A stretch of DNA of 64,000 nt. It comes from Macrostomum lignano (lineage: Eukaryota). The DNA lies in the NCBI GenBank assembly GCA_002269645.1, contig NIVC01001164.1, positions 124,001-188,000 of the forward strand. Direction: 5' to 3'. A program made the position numbers and the translations under genes. Shown here one piece after another: positions 37,375-49,483 of the stretch. Under the pieces are notes generated by a model, which worked only from the letters and a program-made list of their open reading frames with translations, ran no database searches and was not told the DNA's origin. Each line of letters opens with the position of its first letter. Position 1 is the first letter of the stretch.

Positions 37375-38054
37375 AAGCTAGGAATCACGTGACTCTAGCA
37401 GAACAAGCTAAGAATCACGTGACTCTAGCAGAACAAGCTGAGAATCACGTGACTCTAGCAGAACAAGCTAGAATTCACGTGACTCTAACAGAACAAGCTT
37501 AGAATCACGTGACTCTAGCAGAACAAGCTTAGAATCACGTGACTCTATCAGAACAAGCTTAGAATCACGTGACTCTAGCAGAACAAGCTTAGAATGACGT
37601 GACTCTAGCAGAACAAGCTAGAATTCACGTGACTCTAACAGAACAAGCTAAGAATCACGTGACTCTAGCAGAACAAGCTTAGAATCACGTGAGTCTAGCA
37701 GAACAAGCTAGGAATCACGTGACTCTAGCAGAACAAGCTGAGAATCACGTGACTCTAGCAGAACAAGCTTAGAATCACGTGACTCTAGCAGAACAAGCTT
37801 AGAATCACGTGACTCTAGCAGAACAAGCTTAGAATGACGTGACTCTAGCAGAACAAGCTAGAATTCACGTGACTCTAACAGAACAAGCTAAGAATCACGT
37901 GACTCTAGCAGAACAAGCTTAGAATCACGTGACTCTAGCAGAACAAGCTAGGAATCACGTGACTCTAGCAGAACAAGCTGAGAATCACGTGACTCTAGCA
38001 GAACAAGCTTAGAATCACGTGACTCTAGCAGAACAAGCTTAGAATCACGTGACT
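37375..38054. repeat. 30-bp minisatellite AGAATCACGTGACTCTAGCAGAACAAGCTT x23
   Basis: Direct tandem copies; 21 carry TCACGTGA and 2 carry TGACGTGA. Confidence 0.97.
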
Positions 38055-38134
38055 AGCCAAATTTTCTACCCGAAATCTGCAGACCGATTTCTTCTATCCA
38101 TCGAAATGTGTTACCCAAAATCTGCTCTGCATTG

Positions 38135-38275
38135 CTTCAGTTCACCCAGCTATAAAATGGGTACCAGCATTAGATGGGGTAATTGAAGGTGTGTGACGTG
38201 AATCCTTGGACTGAACAGCCGTACGCAGCCTTCAGATGCGCCACGCAATAGCTGCGGCTGACTTGTCGGTTGCAC
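38135..38275 (+). mobile_element. 5'-truncated copy of the SINE-like element at 45418-45920
   Basis: It shares AAATGG..AC, GGTAATT, TCCTTGGAC.GAACAGCCGT, ACGCAGCCTTCAG and AATAGCTGCGGCTGA, in the same order, with the minus strand of 45469-45640. Confidence 0.72.
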
Positions 38276-38453
38276 ATCTGGCCCAGTTGAAGATTTCGGA
38301 TAGCAATTTTCTCGCTAGCAAACTTCATGGACTCACACAAAAATGCAAGTCACTTGTATGCGGAGTCGAGCGTCAATGCGCCGCGCAGTTAGCAAGATAC
38401 TTTATTAGCATAATAAATCATAAATCAAGCATAGCTCAATAAAAAACTGGATT

Positions 38454-41157
38454 TTAACTCACAGCTCGACGCAGAACTTCGGCTTCGGGAATTTCTACCG
38501 TGATAAAGTACACAACATGGCGATCCTGCACACCGACTAAGCTATATTGCAAACTGCTGAGGCCGTCCTCCTTCCACCGCTTGCGGCCCTTATTGATGAG
38601 ATTTACCCTAAAGCAGAGCAGAATAGAGCGACATTGCAGTTAAGTATGATCTGGGATCGGGATCTGGATCTGGGATCGGGATCGGGATCTGGATCTGGGA
38701 TCGGGATCGGGATCTGGGATCGGGATCTGGGATCGGGATCTGGATCTGGGATCGGGATCTGGGATCTGGGATCTGGGATCTGGGATCTGGATCTGGGATC
38801 GGGATCTGGGATCGGGATCTGGGATCGGGATCTGGGATCGGGATCTGGGATCGGGATCTGGGATCGGGATCTGGGATCGGGATCTGGGATCGGGATCTGG
38901 GATCGGGATCTGGGATCGGGATCTGGGATCGGGATCTGGGATCGGGATCTGGGATCGGGATCTGGGATCGGGATCTGGGATCGGGATCTGGGATCGGGAT
39001 CTGGGATCGGGATCTGGGATCGGGATCTGGGATCGGGATCTGGGATCGGGATCTGGGATCGGGATCTGGGATCGGGATCTGGGATCGGGATCTGGGATCG
39101 GGATCTGGGATCGGGATCTGGGATCGGGATCTGGGATCGGGATCTGGGATCGGGATCTGGGATCGGGATCTGGGATCGGGATCTGGGATCGGGATCTGGG
39201 ATCGGGATCTGGGATCGGGATCTGGGATCGGGATCTGGGATCGGGATCTGGGATCGGGATCTGGGATCGGGATCTGGGATCGGGATCTGGGATCGGGATC
39301 TGGGATCGGGATCTGGGATCGGGATCTGGGATCGGGATCTGGGATCGGGATCTGGGATCGGGATCTGGGATCGGGATCTGGGATCGGGATCTGGGATCGG
39401 GATCTGGGATCGGGATCTGGGATCGGGATCTGGGATCGGGATCTGGGATCGGGATCTGGGATCGGGATCTGGGATCGGGATCTGGGATCGGGATCTGGGA
39501 TCGGGATCTGGGATCGGGATCTGGGATCGGGATCTGGGATCGGGATCTGGGATCGGGATCTGGGATCGGGATCTGGGATCGGGATCTGGGATCGGGATCT
39601 GGGATCGGGATCTGGGATCGGGATCTGGGATCGGGATCTGGGATCGGGATCTGGGATCGGGATCTGGGATCGGGATCTGGGATCGGGATCTGGGATCGGG
39701 ATCTGGGATCGGGATCTGGGATCGGGATCTGGGATCGGGATCTGGGATCGGGATCTGGGATCGGGATCTGGGATCGGGATCTGGGATCGGGATCTGGGAT
39801 CGGGATCTGGGATCGGGATCTGGGATCATACTCACCGCTGCGGGTTGGGATCATTCTTAGTGTCGCGATTGTGCTTAATCATCTTGTACCTGGCGATGCT
39901 CATGGGATACCTGGACACCTGGAAGCCGGCCCAAGCGACTCGGTTTCGAAAATCGTCGTCCTCACCGCCCCAGCCGAAGAAGACGTTTGAGAAGCCGTTG
40001 ACAGCGCGGAACTGTTCGCTAGTCAGAGAGCAGGCGCCGCCAAAAATCGTTTCGTAGGGCAATTTGTAGCCAAACTTGTCGATGGCTGCGCTCAGGTGTC
40101 GGGGCTTCGAACCGCATCTGAGGAATAAATAAACAAACAACTTCTGTATGTATTCGGTATTGAAGTCTGCGAAGCCGCAATCCCCGGCTGATTCTTTGAT
40201 GTGCGCCGCTACCCCTTGCTGATCCTTTGATGTGCGCCGCTACCCCTTGCTGATCCTTTGATGTGCGCCGCTACCCCCTGCTGATTATTTGATGTGCGCC
40301 GCTACCCCCTGCTGATTATTTGATGTGCGCCGCCGCTACCCCCTGCTGATTATTTGATGTGCGCCGCCGCTACCCCCTGCTGATCTTTTGATGTGAGCCG
40401 CTACCACGTTATCAATAGTCGCATCAAAATAAAGCCCCAACCTATAGATATTGTGGTCGTGCTCCGGCAGCAGGTCAACATCGTGAAATATGAAACAATC
40501 CGGCTGAAATATTTTTCCAGCCTCAACAAATCCGATGTTGAACAGCATCGCCCGATTAAACCTGGTGGTGCCGCTCTGTTCGATAGCGAATATTCGATAG
40601 TTAAGCTGTTGCCTACGCAGCATGGGGTGTAGCACTAATAACAACAGGCGCAGGTGCGCGTCTCGATTTCTATAGGGCACAATTATTGCCACCCGTTGCT
40701 TAGCAACGCAATCATCCGGTTGACAACCGCCGTGTCTAACAAAGGGCAGGCTTTGCTCTAATTCTAGCCAGCTGGGCGCCTTGCTAGAATCTGTGAGCAC
40801 AGTGAACTTGTCCCCGAGTAGGCCGGGTGGATCCTCCGGACAGCTGGATAGATTCGAACTGACAAGGCCACTCGCCCGAATCGATCCTGGGGCCAAGGTT
40901 GGCATTGTTGATGGCGAACTATTCGATACTGTAGCCAGCGGCGACACTGTAGTCGCCAAATACGTCTTGTTGGTTGCTTTATTGGCTGCCATGCCAACAA
41001 TAACTTGGTCAAATTTGCGCAATAAACTAGGAGATGAAGGCCAGAATGTCAGAGAAAGAGTCCTGCTAATCAGAAAGTGCAGGCAGAAGTACAGCACCAA
41101 TGCAGCAATGCCAAAGCGAATTCTTCTAGACATCAGCCGGCCAAGCCAGGAGGTCAT
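38454..41157 (-). CDS. B4GALT: Beta-1,4-galactosyl/N-acetylgalactosaminyltransferase (GT7 family, bre-4-like); exons 41157-40442, 40117-39836, 38607-38454
   Basis: It has a type II TM anchor and the motifs RVAIIVPYRNR, RFNRAMLFNIG, FIFHDVDLLP, LPYETIFGG, NGFSNVFFGWGGEDDD and RYKMIKH. The last exon reads EDGLSSLQY. Intron phases 2,2 join in frame. The start codon and a possible extra 3' exon (GTGAGT just before the stop) are uncertain. Confidence 0.93.
38646..39828. repeat. Homogeneous 13-bp satellite (GGGATCGGGATCT)n, ~90 copies, in B4GALT intron 2
   Basis: Near-perfect tandem copies; ORFs show a 13-aa period. Confidence 0.98.
40195..40405. repeat. ~31-bp minisatellite GATGTGCGCCGCTACCCC(C/T)TGCTGAT..TTT in B4GALT intron 1
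   Basis: About 7 tandem copies. Confidence 0.9.
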
Positions 41158-42519
41158 CACTCGACTGGCCAGCAGGCTGCCGCTGTCACTTCTGCTGCTG
41201 CCAGCAGCAGCGGGACTGCCGCGGCTGCTGGAACTGGGCGATGCCAACACGTGTTTGGAAGCGGGGCAGAGAGGGAGGTCAGCAGTTGTTTTTGCATTCA
41301 AGAAAATTTTACAGCAAGTTTGAGAAAGTGAAAGGCATCATCATTGATTTTCCAAAAATATGCCATTTCTATTTTGATACTCAAGGAAAAATTGATTCTT
41401 TTGAAAATCTGTCATAGATTCTTTCAGGATTGTAAAAAAACAGATTGCAATTAGGAAATTCTCAGGCAACAAGATATTTTTTGCAACTGCAAATGAATTT
41501 TTTTAATATACGAATACTTAGCAAAATTGAAAAGTCGCCATCACAGAAGATTCCATCTGTGGTTGCCACTTTTGAGAGAGAAGTAGTCTCTCAATCTTTG
41601 CAAGTGATGCGACTTAGCTACATTGTGACAGACTTGGGTTGAGGAATGAAGTGGGGAGAGTGCTGTGCGAGGATTGGAAGGATCAAAGCTATCTCTTAGT
41701 TTTTTCACACCTTTTATTTTAGATTAGTCCAAGAGAAATTGCTCACTGGCACAGTGACAACTTTTCTATGTTGCTAAGTATAAAACCAGTTTTTAAAAAA
41801 AAAAGAAAATTTTCTTCCAGCTAAGATTCATTTTAAAAAATTGTAGCATATTACTATAGCAAAATAAAGACTTTTGTACTATTGGCATACAACCTATAAT
41901 ATAATAGTAACCCTAGAGTATAAAAACCTAAAATAGTTTATAAAAAGTAGTCATTAAATAATCTTCTATAATGCTTTGTGAAGTTTCATTATGAAGTTTC
42001 TAGCATATAAAGTCTATTTTGATACTATTGAATTTATATTTTTTGAAATAATTATAAAGAGTTAACAAAGAGATATACTAAACAAAGATATATTAAGCAA
42101 AGCTCTTATGCAACAAAGTACCTACACTAATAATGTATAAAAATTTGTTGAGAAGGATAATTTCTAGAGGATAAAGACTGTAAAGAAAAGGGAGAAGGAA
42201 ATAACTCTGAATTTAGGTTAAAATGCACTTGGTCCCCCTTTTTCAGGTCTCTGTCAAAGGGGGAATTGTCTTGGTTAAGTTTACATTTATTATATTTCTT
42301 GGAACACTTTGTAAATAGTTATTCAATAAAAATTATACTATTTATAAAGAATAACACTACCAGAAATATAAAATCATATTTACTAACTCAGTATTTTATA
42401 ATTTACTTATTCTTTCTATAATATTTAAAGTTTTTTTACCATATCTTGCAAATTTATTTGTCAAAACTTTCTATCATGAAAATTAAAATCATAGATTTTA
42501 TACCCTGAGGCGGAAGGCG

Positions 42520-43870
42520 AAAGGTGCGAAAAGGTGGCATGGCGTGATTGGCTATGCCAACCCCCCCGGCTTAGCGAGCCGGCTAGCTTGGCGCGTACCC
42601 ACCCCACCTCAGCTAGACAGAGGCGGGGGGGGGGCTTCCAGTGCGGCTACGCCAACCCCCCCGGCTTAGCGAGCCGGCTAGCTTGGCGCGTACCCACCCC
42701 ACCTCAGCTAGACAGAGGCGGGGGGGGGGGTTTCCAGTGTGGCTGCACTGGTGCTGCCGGTCGCGTAGTCTGGCCTTTTTGTTTCAATAGATGGAATGGC
42801 AGCGAAGAGTTTGTGCTGCTTTGCGCGTGTATTTATATGAGATTTACAAACAACGAAGGCAGCAGGGGCGCGCGGCCGTACCACACCAGAGGCAATCGAC
42901 AGTCAGTTGCCGCCGTGAGCCAGATCGATGCTCCTGCACAGAGGCTGGGGACGTTAGGCTAGCAGCAGCGGTGCTAACCTAGAAGTAGCTGCAGCGTGTG
43001 GCGCTGGTTGGTCCAACGCGGGGGCCGAAAGGCGAGACCCCAGGAGCTACCGGGGGGCGGGCTGACTGGGCCGATTCGTGCTGCTGGGCTGCGGTGCTGC
43101 TGGGCTGCGGTGCTGCTGTGCTGCGGTGCTGCGGTGCTGCTGTGCTGCGGTGCTGCCGTTGCAGTCGGCCAAGGCGGTTGGCTGCCAGGACCGCACAGGG
43201 CCGACCAGGTAGGCCCAGCGTTCCGCGCTGGGTGTCGGGCTCACCAATGAGGCGGAAGGCCTTTTTGTTTCAATAGATGGAATGGCAGCGAAGAGTTTGT
43301 GCTGCTTTGCGCGTGTATTTATATGAGATTTACAAACAACGCCAGATTGAGGGGCCAAGGGAGGTGCAAAAAGGTGGCATGGCATGATTGGCTACGCCAA
43401 CCCCCCGGCTTAGCAAGCCGGCTAGCTTGGGGCGTACCCACCCCACCTCAGCTAGACAGAGGCGGGGGGGTTTCCAGTGCGGCTACGCCAACCCCCCCCC
43501 CCGGCTTAGCGAGCCGGCTAGCTTGGCGCGTACCCACCCCACCTCAGCTAGACAGAGGCGGGGGGGGGTTTCCAGTGCGGCTGCACTGGTGCTGCCGGTC
43601 GCGTAGTCTGGCCTTTTTGTTTCAATAGATGGAATGGCAGCGAAGAGTTTGTGCTGCTTTGCGCGTGTATTTATATGAGATTTACAAACAACGCCAGATT
43701 GAGGGGCCAAGGGAGGTGCGAAAAGGTGGCATGGCGTGATTGGCTACGCCAACCCCCCGGCTTAGCGAGCCAGCTAGCTTGGCGCGTACCCACCCCACCT
43801 CAGCTAGACAGAGGCGGGGGGGGGGGTTTCCAGTGCGGCTGCACTGGTGCTGCCGGTTGCGTAGTCTGGC
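42520..43870. repeat. GC-rich nested direct repeats (~90-bp subunit within a ~260-350-bp unit), three partial copies
   Basis: GGCTACGCCAACCC...TCAGCTAGACAGAGGCGGGG occurs 5 times. The GGCCTTTTTGTTTCAATAG...ACAAACAACG block occurs 3 times. Confidence 0.9.
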
Positions 43871-45417
43871 CGCCACAACCCTATAGGGAAAAGTTGTAAA
43901 ACTGCGGACGGTGTCCAGCGCACTTTTGGAATTTTTCTAAAGCGCAGCACGCGCTGCCCTTTCTTACTGGCTGCTGCTTTAGCAAATACATATATATGGA
44001 AATGGGTATAATACCTCTATGGAAGGGGCTTATAAACTCGTAATTTATTAAGCTTAGAGATGTTCCAAAAATTCAATTTCAATTTTCCAAAATTTGAAAT
44101 TTTTTAGAGCAAATTTCAATTTTGAAAAAAATTTAGAAGTAAAAATTTTGGTAGTGTCTAAAAAGTTGCTAAAAATAAACTAATTTCTACTACATATAAA
44201 TGTATTACTTTTTGCTTAAGCAGTAAATTGAAAGTGAAAAAGTGAGTGTTAATCATACTAAACTTTATTTTTCTGAATTATGATTTCGGGAAATTTCAAT
44301 TTTGATTTTGGAAAGTTAGCGAATTTTGATTTCAATGAAACTGCAGATCTTTCAAAACATCTCTAATAATCCTAAAGCGCGGTAAAATAGTTTGACTCTT
44401 TTCTAAAGTGCGTGTCTGCAGGTTTTCAACATTTATTCCAATAGGGATTTTATAAGACTTAATACTTCTCTAATAAGCCTAACTATATATAAAATATAAC
44501 TATTGATAAAAAAACTATAATAGAAAATCTTTTTACTTAGCTTTATTAACGATTATATTATAGATGGCCAAAACATATTATATTTTTGTAGAAATCTTAG
44601 GACAAATTAAATAAACAATTTATTTTGTTAAATCAATTTTAGAAAAAATCAATCAAAAAGGTTTATTTTACTCTATGATTGACATTACCTAATATTTATT
44701 CAATGCAATAAAATTATTTTCTGTCAAACTAATCAACATCTTATGTTTATTATTATTATTTAAAGTAAGTTTTTATATGTTTTATATTATACATTTATGT
44801 TTCATGAAATATGTTCTATGTTCTATGATTACATGTTTTACTTGTTTATAACTATAGATTAAGAGTGAGGTGAAATATTCAATTTAATAATAACTCTATT
44901 ACTCTATTAATTTATAGATAAATACTATCTTATTCACTTAGAACTGCAAGAAGATTTACTGTTCACATACTGACATAGTTTAGGAATTTGAGTATAAAAT
45001 AAGAAAACTCCAAGTAGACATACGTTTAAGTTAAAGCAACAAATGAATGATATAAGTCAATACGAGTACATACAAGAAAGAGCAGGTGGATGAACAGTAA
45101 ACTGAGAGAGCTGGATGGCCAGATGCCACGATAACCATAAAATGTTATTTTCCTAGAAACCCGTCTTTCCAAAAATGATCTAGTCTTGTGGTCCGGAAAT
45201 TTTTATGGTTTAACAAAATGCTAAGCTACGTGTAGAGCCAAATAATTATTTTTAAAATGAAAAAAGCAGTTTTTCAAATTTTATTGATTTATTTACAACA
45301 TCGAAGATAGAATTCTTGCAGCATCTCAAGTAAAATGCGACTGCATGAATTCAACATTATGTTAATCTAATTAAGAGGAGCAATTTATATTTGCCCTTAT
45401 TTATACATTGTTCTAAC

Positions 45418-45920
45418 AAGTAATAAATTTTAATATTAGTTGAATACACCTGTCCTATTAAGCAGGTAGCAACCAACGGCTCAGCCGCAGCTATTGCATC
45501 TGAAGACTGAAGGCTGCGTACTTGTGTACGACGGCTGTTCTGTCCAAGGAGGGGGGTCGCCACACGCACCCTTAATTACCTCAGCTAATTTCAGTTCCCA
45601 TTTCACAACTGATAATTGAACTGGAGAAATGCGGAAATTGTAGTGTCCACTCAATGACACAAATTGTTCCAAGTCAATAATAGGTACTCAAGGATCGAAC
45701 CCCCGACCTTTCAGTTGAGTCCCGATCCGACGTTCTAACCACTAGGCTACAACGGCTCTGTTAAATGTGGCTGTACCACGTACTACCACTTTTTGGAAAT
45801 TCGGTCAAATCTACTGCTGGAATATCTCGGCGAGCAATTCGGCCTTTTCTCGTGCTCCCTAAAAAACTCTATGCCAAATTTCGGCAATATTCCATCTGGG
45901 TCAGTGCATGCGATAAGCTG
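45418..45920 (-). mobile_element. tRNA-derived SINE-like insertion with 20-bp flanking direct repeats
   Basis: The minus strand of 45756-45683 has an A box (TAGCCTAGTGG) and a B box (GGTTCGATCC) but no acceptor stem. TATTTATACATTGTTCTAAC is repeated at 45398-45417 and 45921-45940. A second body copy lies at 38135-38275. Confidence 0.75.
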
Positions 45921-47668
45921 TATTTATACATTGTTCTAACCTTAAATTTAGACATGCAGTGGCCATATATTATTTTCCAACCTCTTTTAATTAACCATTA
46001 TAATGTACTTTGAATCTCTTCAGGCACTTTTCTTGGATTGAGGATCTCGATCAACCTATCCAAAGAGACACGGCCGCGGCACTACGCCCCCCTCACGTCT
46101 CTGAAAACACAGAGAATACCCGGGAAAAAACATGCCTAACTTCCCAATTCAACCATGTACTTGGATGACGTTGACTTAAGTTTGCAAAGTATAATTGTCA
46201 TGAACTTAGAAAGTATGCAATGTTGTTGCCTAACTTCAATCAACTTTTCGAGTTTGCAAAGTACACGTCCCATGTAGAAATGCAAGTAAGCTACTTGGAG
46301 AGTACTTAAGAAGTGACTCAAGAAAACATTACATACTTGGAAAGAACTTATATTGAATGTACTTGGAAATTTCGGAAACTACTTCGGCGGTACTTGCCAC
46401 GAGGTTGTATTGTTGACTTACTATAAGTACTTTGGCAAGTTTGTTTGTTTTTTTTCTCGGTTAACTGAGTAAGTATACGTATATAATTGAAACAACGTAA
46501 ATCAAATGTAGAAGCTGGGCTGTGTATTCCACGTGGTTTATGCAAGACAAAACAACAATCTTCGAAACTTGCTGTCATCAGCTTAAAGTGTGTTATATAT
46601 AAGGTATAATTGAGGCAAATAAAAAGTTGTGAAAATTCCATCTATAGACCGCGGTCGAAACATTGCGTTCTAAAAGGAATTGTGGTCTAGCTGGATTCCT
46701 CACGTTTTGTATCAACGCGCGCAACGAACTCCTGAAAAAAGTGGATATGATTATATACCCGGATTGGAGTGCCACAAATATTTTGATAGCAAAGATACAA
46801 AAAACTACCCAAATACCCATAGTTTACTCAAAGTATCAAGATAAACAAATCGACCACGAGAACTTTAAATTCACAGCAGTGAAACACAGTTAGACACGGT
46901 GGCATATCTTGCAATACGATTCGACAGACAGGGATGGCATCGGCAAAAAAAATAATTCAGATTTAGTTTAGTAAAAATTTCTAACCCATCATTTTAGAAA
47001 AGAAATAAAGCGCAGCAATATCAGTTCCATTTACAATTCACAGCGAACAGTCAAACATCGACACATGAAAATATGCGTAAACTCATTATTCAAAGTTTCA
47101 AAAACACAATAATGGATAGATTAAAAATACACACAAAAAATTAACATTTAAGAGAAAAATGTATAATACAAAATTTGGGCTGTACAAAACACAGAAAATC
47201 ATTTTCTACTACATTATTGCTCACTTAAAACCAAAAACAGTTTCTTCTTCTGACTAACATAATTTAGACAGTTGGTCAATTCTTACAAGATACAAACAGT
47301 ACAAAACGGAAAACTTCATTTAGATCAAATGGGGTCTTACAACAATTCAATATTCTCATCTATATACTCGTATTACATACGGTTGAAATTTAAGTCCATT
47401 GCACCAAAGTGCTCATACCAGTTAGAAATCGTTTGCATCATTTAACCCTTCTATTGACTTAATTTCCTTTCTCGCAGACTTCATTAGAGACTACCAGAAG
47501 AGAACAGAGTTTAATAAAATTAACAAATTTGTTTAAATTTAATAAATACACTTCAAGTCAACAACGCTCGTAGTATCTTTGATGGAACTTTTTCACAACG
47601 GATAAATATCATTCCGATGACTATGACTGTATTAGGGTAATATAATTTTCATAATATTATGTAGTTCC

Positions 47669-49483
47669 TCAGTACACCTGGCCAGCGGCGTGGCTTGTAT
47701 CCGGGGGCTGCAGGCCGGAGTACATGTTTGCGAAGCTGGAATGATAGGCCGATGGCGGACTATCGGAGGCGACGCAGTGACCAGCCGAGATGTTGCTGCA
47801 GTGCTGCTGTTGCACCTGCTGCTGCTGCTGCTGCTGCTGCGCCTGCTGAGGCAGCTGGTGCTGCGGCTGGTGCTGCGGCTGGTGCTTGAACTGCAGCGGG
47901 CTGCCGTAGCCGCACTCGTCCGCCATGAAACGAGCAGCTGCGAACTGCTGCTGCGCCGCCTCCATCATGTACTCGTGATGATGCTGAGCATCAAGCTTCG
48001 ATAGCATCATGTGCCGATTGATGTCCAGGCTGAAATTAGAATTTACAATATTGAGTATTGCACGCGGCTGTCTATACTTAGAGTATAGCTATTGGAGCTA
48101 ATTAATTGCAATGGGAGATTCACGAGGGCGGATACCCCAGTCGCTATCGCTGCTGCAGCGCTCAGTTCAGATGAAGATGGGGCGTGGCCCGCTGTTGCCC
48201 ATCCGGTCTATCCGCGTGCTGGCGCATTTCTCATGCTTTCTGCTTCTCTTCTTATTCTTCGTTTCCCCTCCCCCTTTGGGATGAAGCAGAAATTCGAGTC
48301 CCGCATGATGCGCGACTGCTTCTCGGCGGAGTCGGATGTCAGAAAACTCCCACCCCCATGTTATCCCTCTGCTTCGTCTGCTTCGGCTCTCAGGAAGCTC
48401 TCAGTCTCTCTAGGCAGCTTTGAGGATTGAGGAAACGAGAAACAAACCTGGAAAAGCATCATTAAGATTCTGTGCAGATTGGAAGGGGGGCAGGCGGGTG
48501 GGCAACCCGAAATGTCTGGACCTCTCCTGCATTCTCAGCCTTCCCTGCGTAGCCGCAGTGCTTTAAGCAGCGCCCCGAAATCTGATCCCGCACGATGGAT
48601 TAGGAGACTAGCGGGGATTAGGGCGCGAGCAGCATCCGGGAGAGGGAAATGTCTTCGGAGTGGTTGGACGCATTTAGCAACATCGGCCGTACCCGGCCAA
48701 CCAGATTAAATGCGGGGGTCTCGTGCGTACTCACTGGCACTGCGGCATGTGAACGCCCTGGGCCTGAATCAGCTGATGCTGATGCTGCTGCTGATGATGA
48801 TGCGGCGTGCGGTCCCGCTGACGCCGGTTCTTGAACCAGTTGCTGACCTGCGTCATGGTCAGGCCAGTGGAACTGGCCAACTGCTTCTTCTCCTCGGGAG
48901 TCGGATAACGATTCTGCTTGTAGCACTCTTTCAGAGCTTGACGCGACTTCTCCTTGAAGCAGTAGATCGTCTCCTCGCCGTCCCAGATGGTCTTTGGCAG
49001 GGGATATTTACGGCGTACGCGATACTTATCGACTGCACCGAGCGGGCGGCCGCGTATTTTCTGCGCCTCGATGTAGTGAGCCTTGTACCACATCTGCTGC
49101 AGGTAGGGGTGGCTGGCAGGCTGGAACTGGTAGCCCTCCAGCACTTTGTACAGCTTGGTGAACGAGCTGTTGTGGAACGCCACGGCGGCTCGGGCCTTCT
49201 GCACCGATTCAGAGTGCATGACGGCCTCGTCTGCGGCCGGCAGGGAAGCGAGGAACATGCCAAGCCGGTGCATGTCGCCACGATGGATCAGGGCCTCGCA
49301 GACGCAGGCCGCCTGGTCAGGTGTGAACAGCATCATAGCCCGCCGCTCCGTCAACTCGGATTTCACCATGCCGGCAGAGGCGGAGGTGGAGGCGGAGACC
49401 GCGAATCTCTGCTGCTGCTGCTCCGGCGACGTAGGGGAATCTTCGACGTCCATCGATTCGGGCAGATGCGATTCGACCGACAT
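47669..49483 (-). CDS. SIX4: SIX-class homeobox protein, Six4/5 subfamily, ~369 aa; exons 49483-48735, 48029-47669
   Basis: SIX domain ([13 protein letters not shown]...[22 protein letters not shown]) followed by the homeodomain [11 protein letters not shown]...NRYPTP...[17 protein letters not shown] is closest to the Six4/5 ETVY signature. The intron is phase 2 and GT-AG. Confidence 0.92.

Noticed and set aside
30780-38054. Regularly spaced short repeats resembling CRISPR arrays
   Set aside because: The units are contiguous with no unique spacers, there are no cas genes, and the context is eukaryotic.
42503-43885. piggyBac-like CCCT...AGGG ends on the GC-rich island
   Set aside because: Only 4 bp match and there is no TTAA or other target duplication.
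45683-45756. Functional tRNA gene
   Set aside because: A and B boxes are present, but the 3' end (GAGTACC) cannot pair with the 5' GCCGTTG and no regular anticodon arm forms. It is treated as a SINE head.
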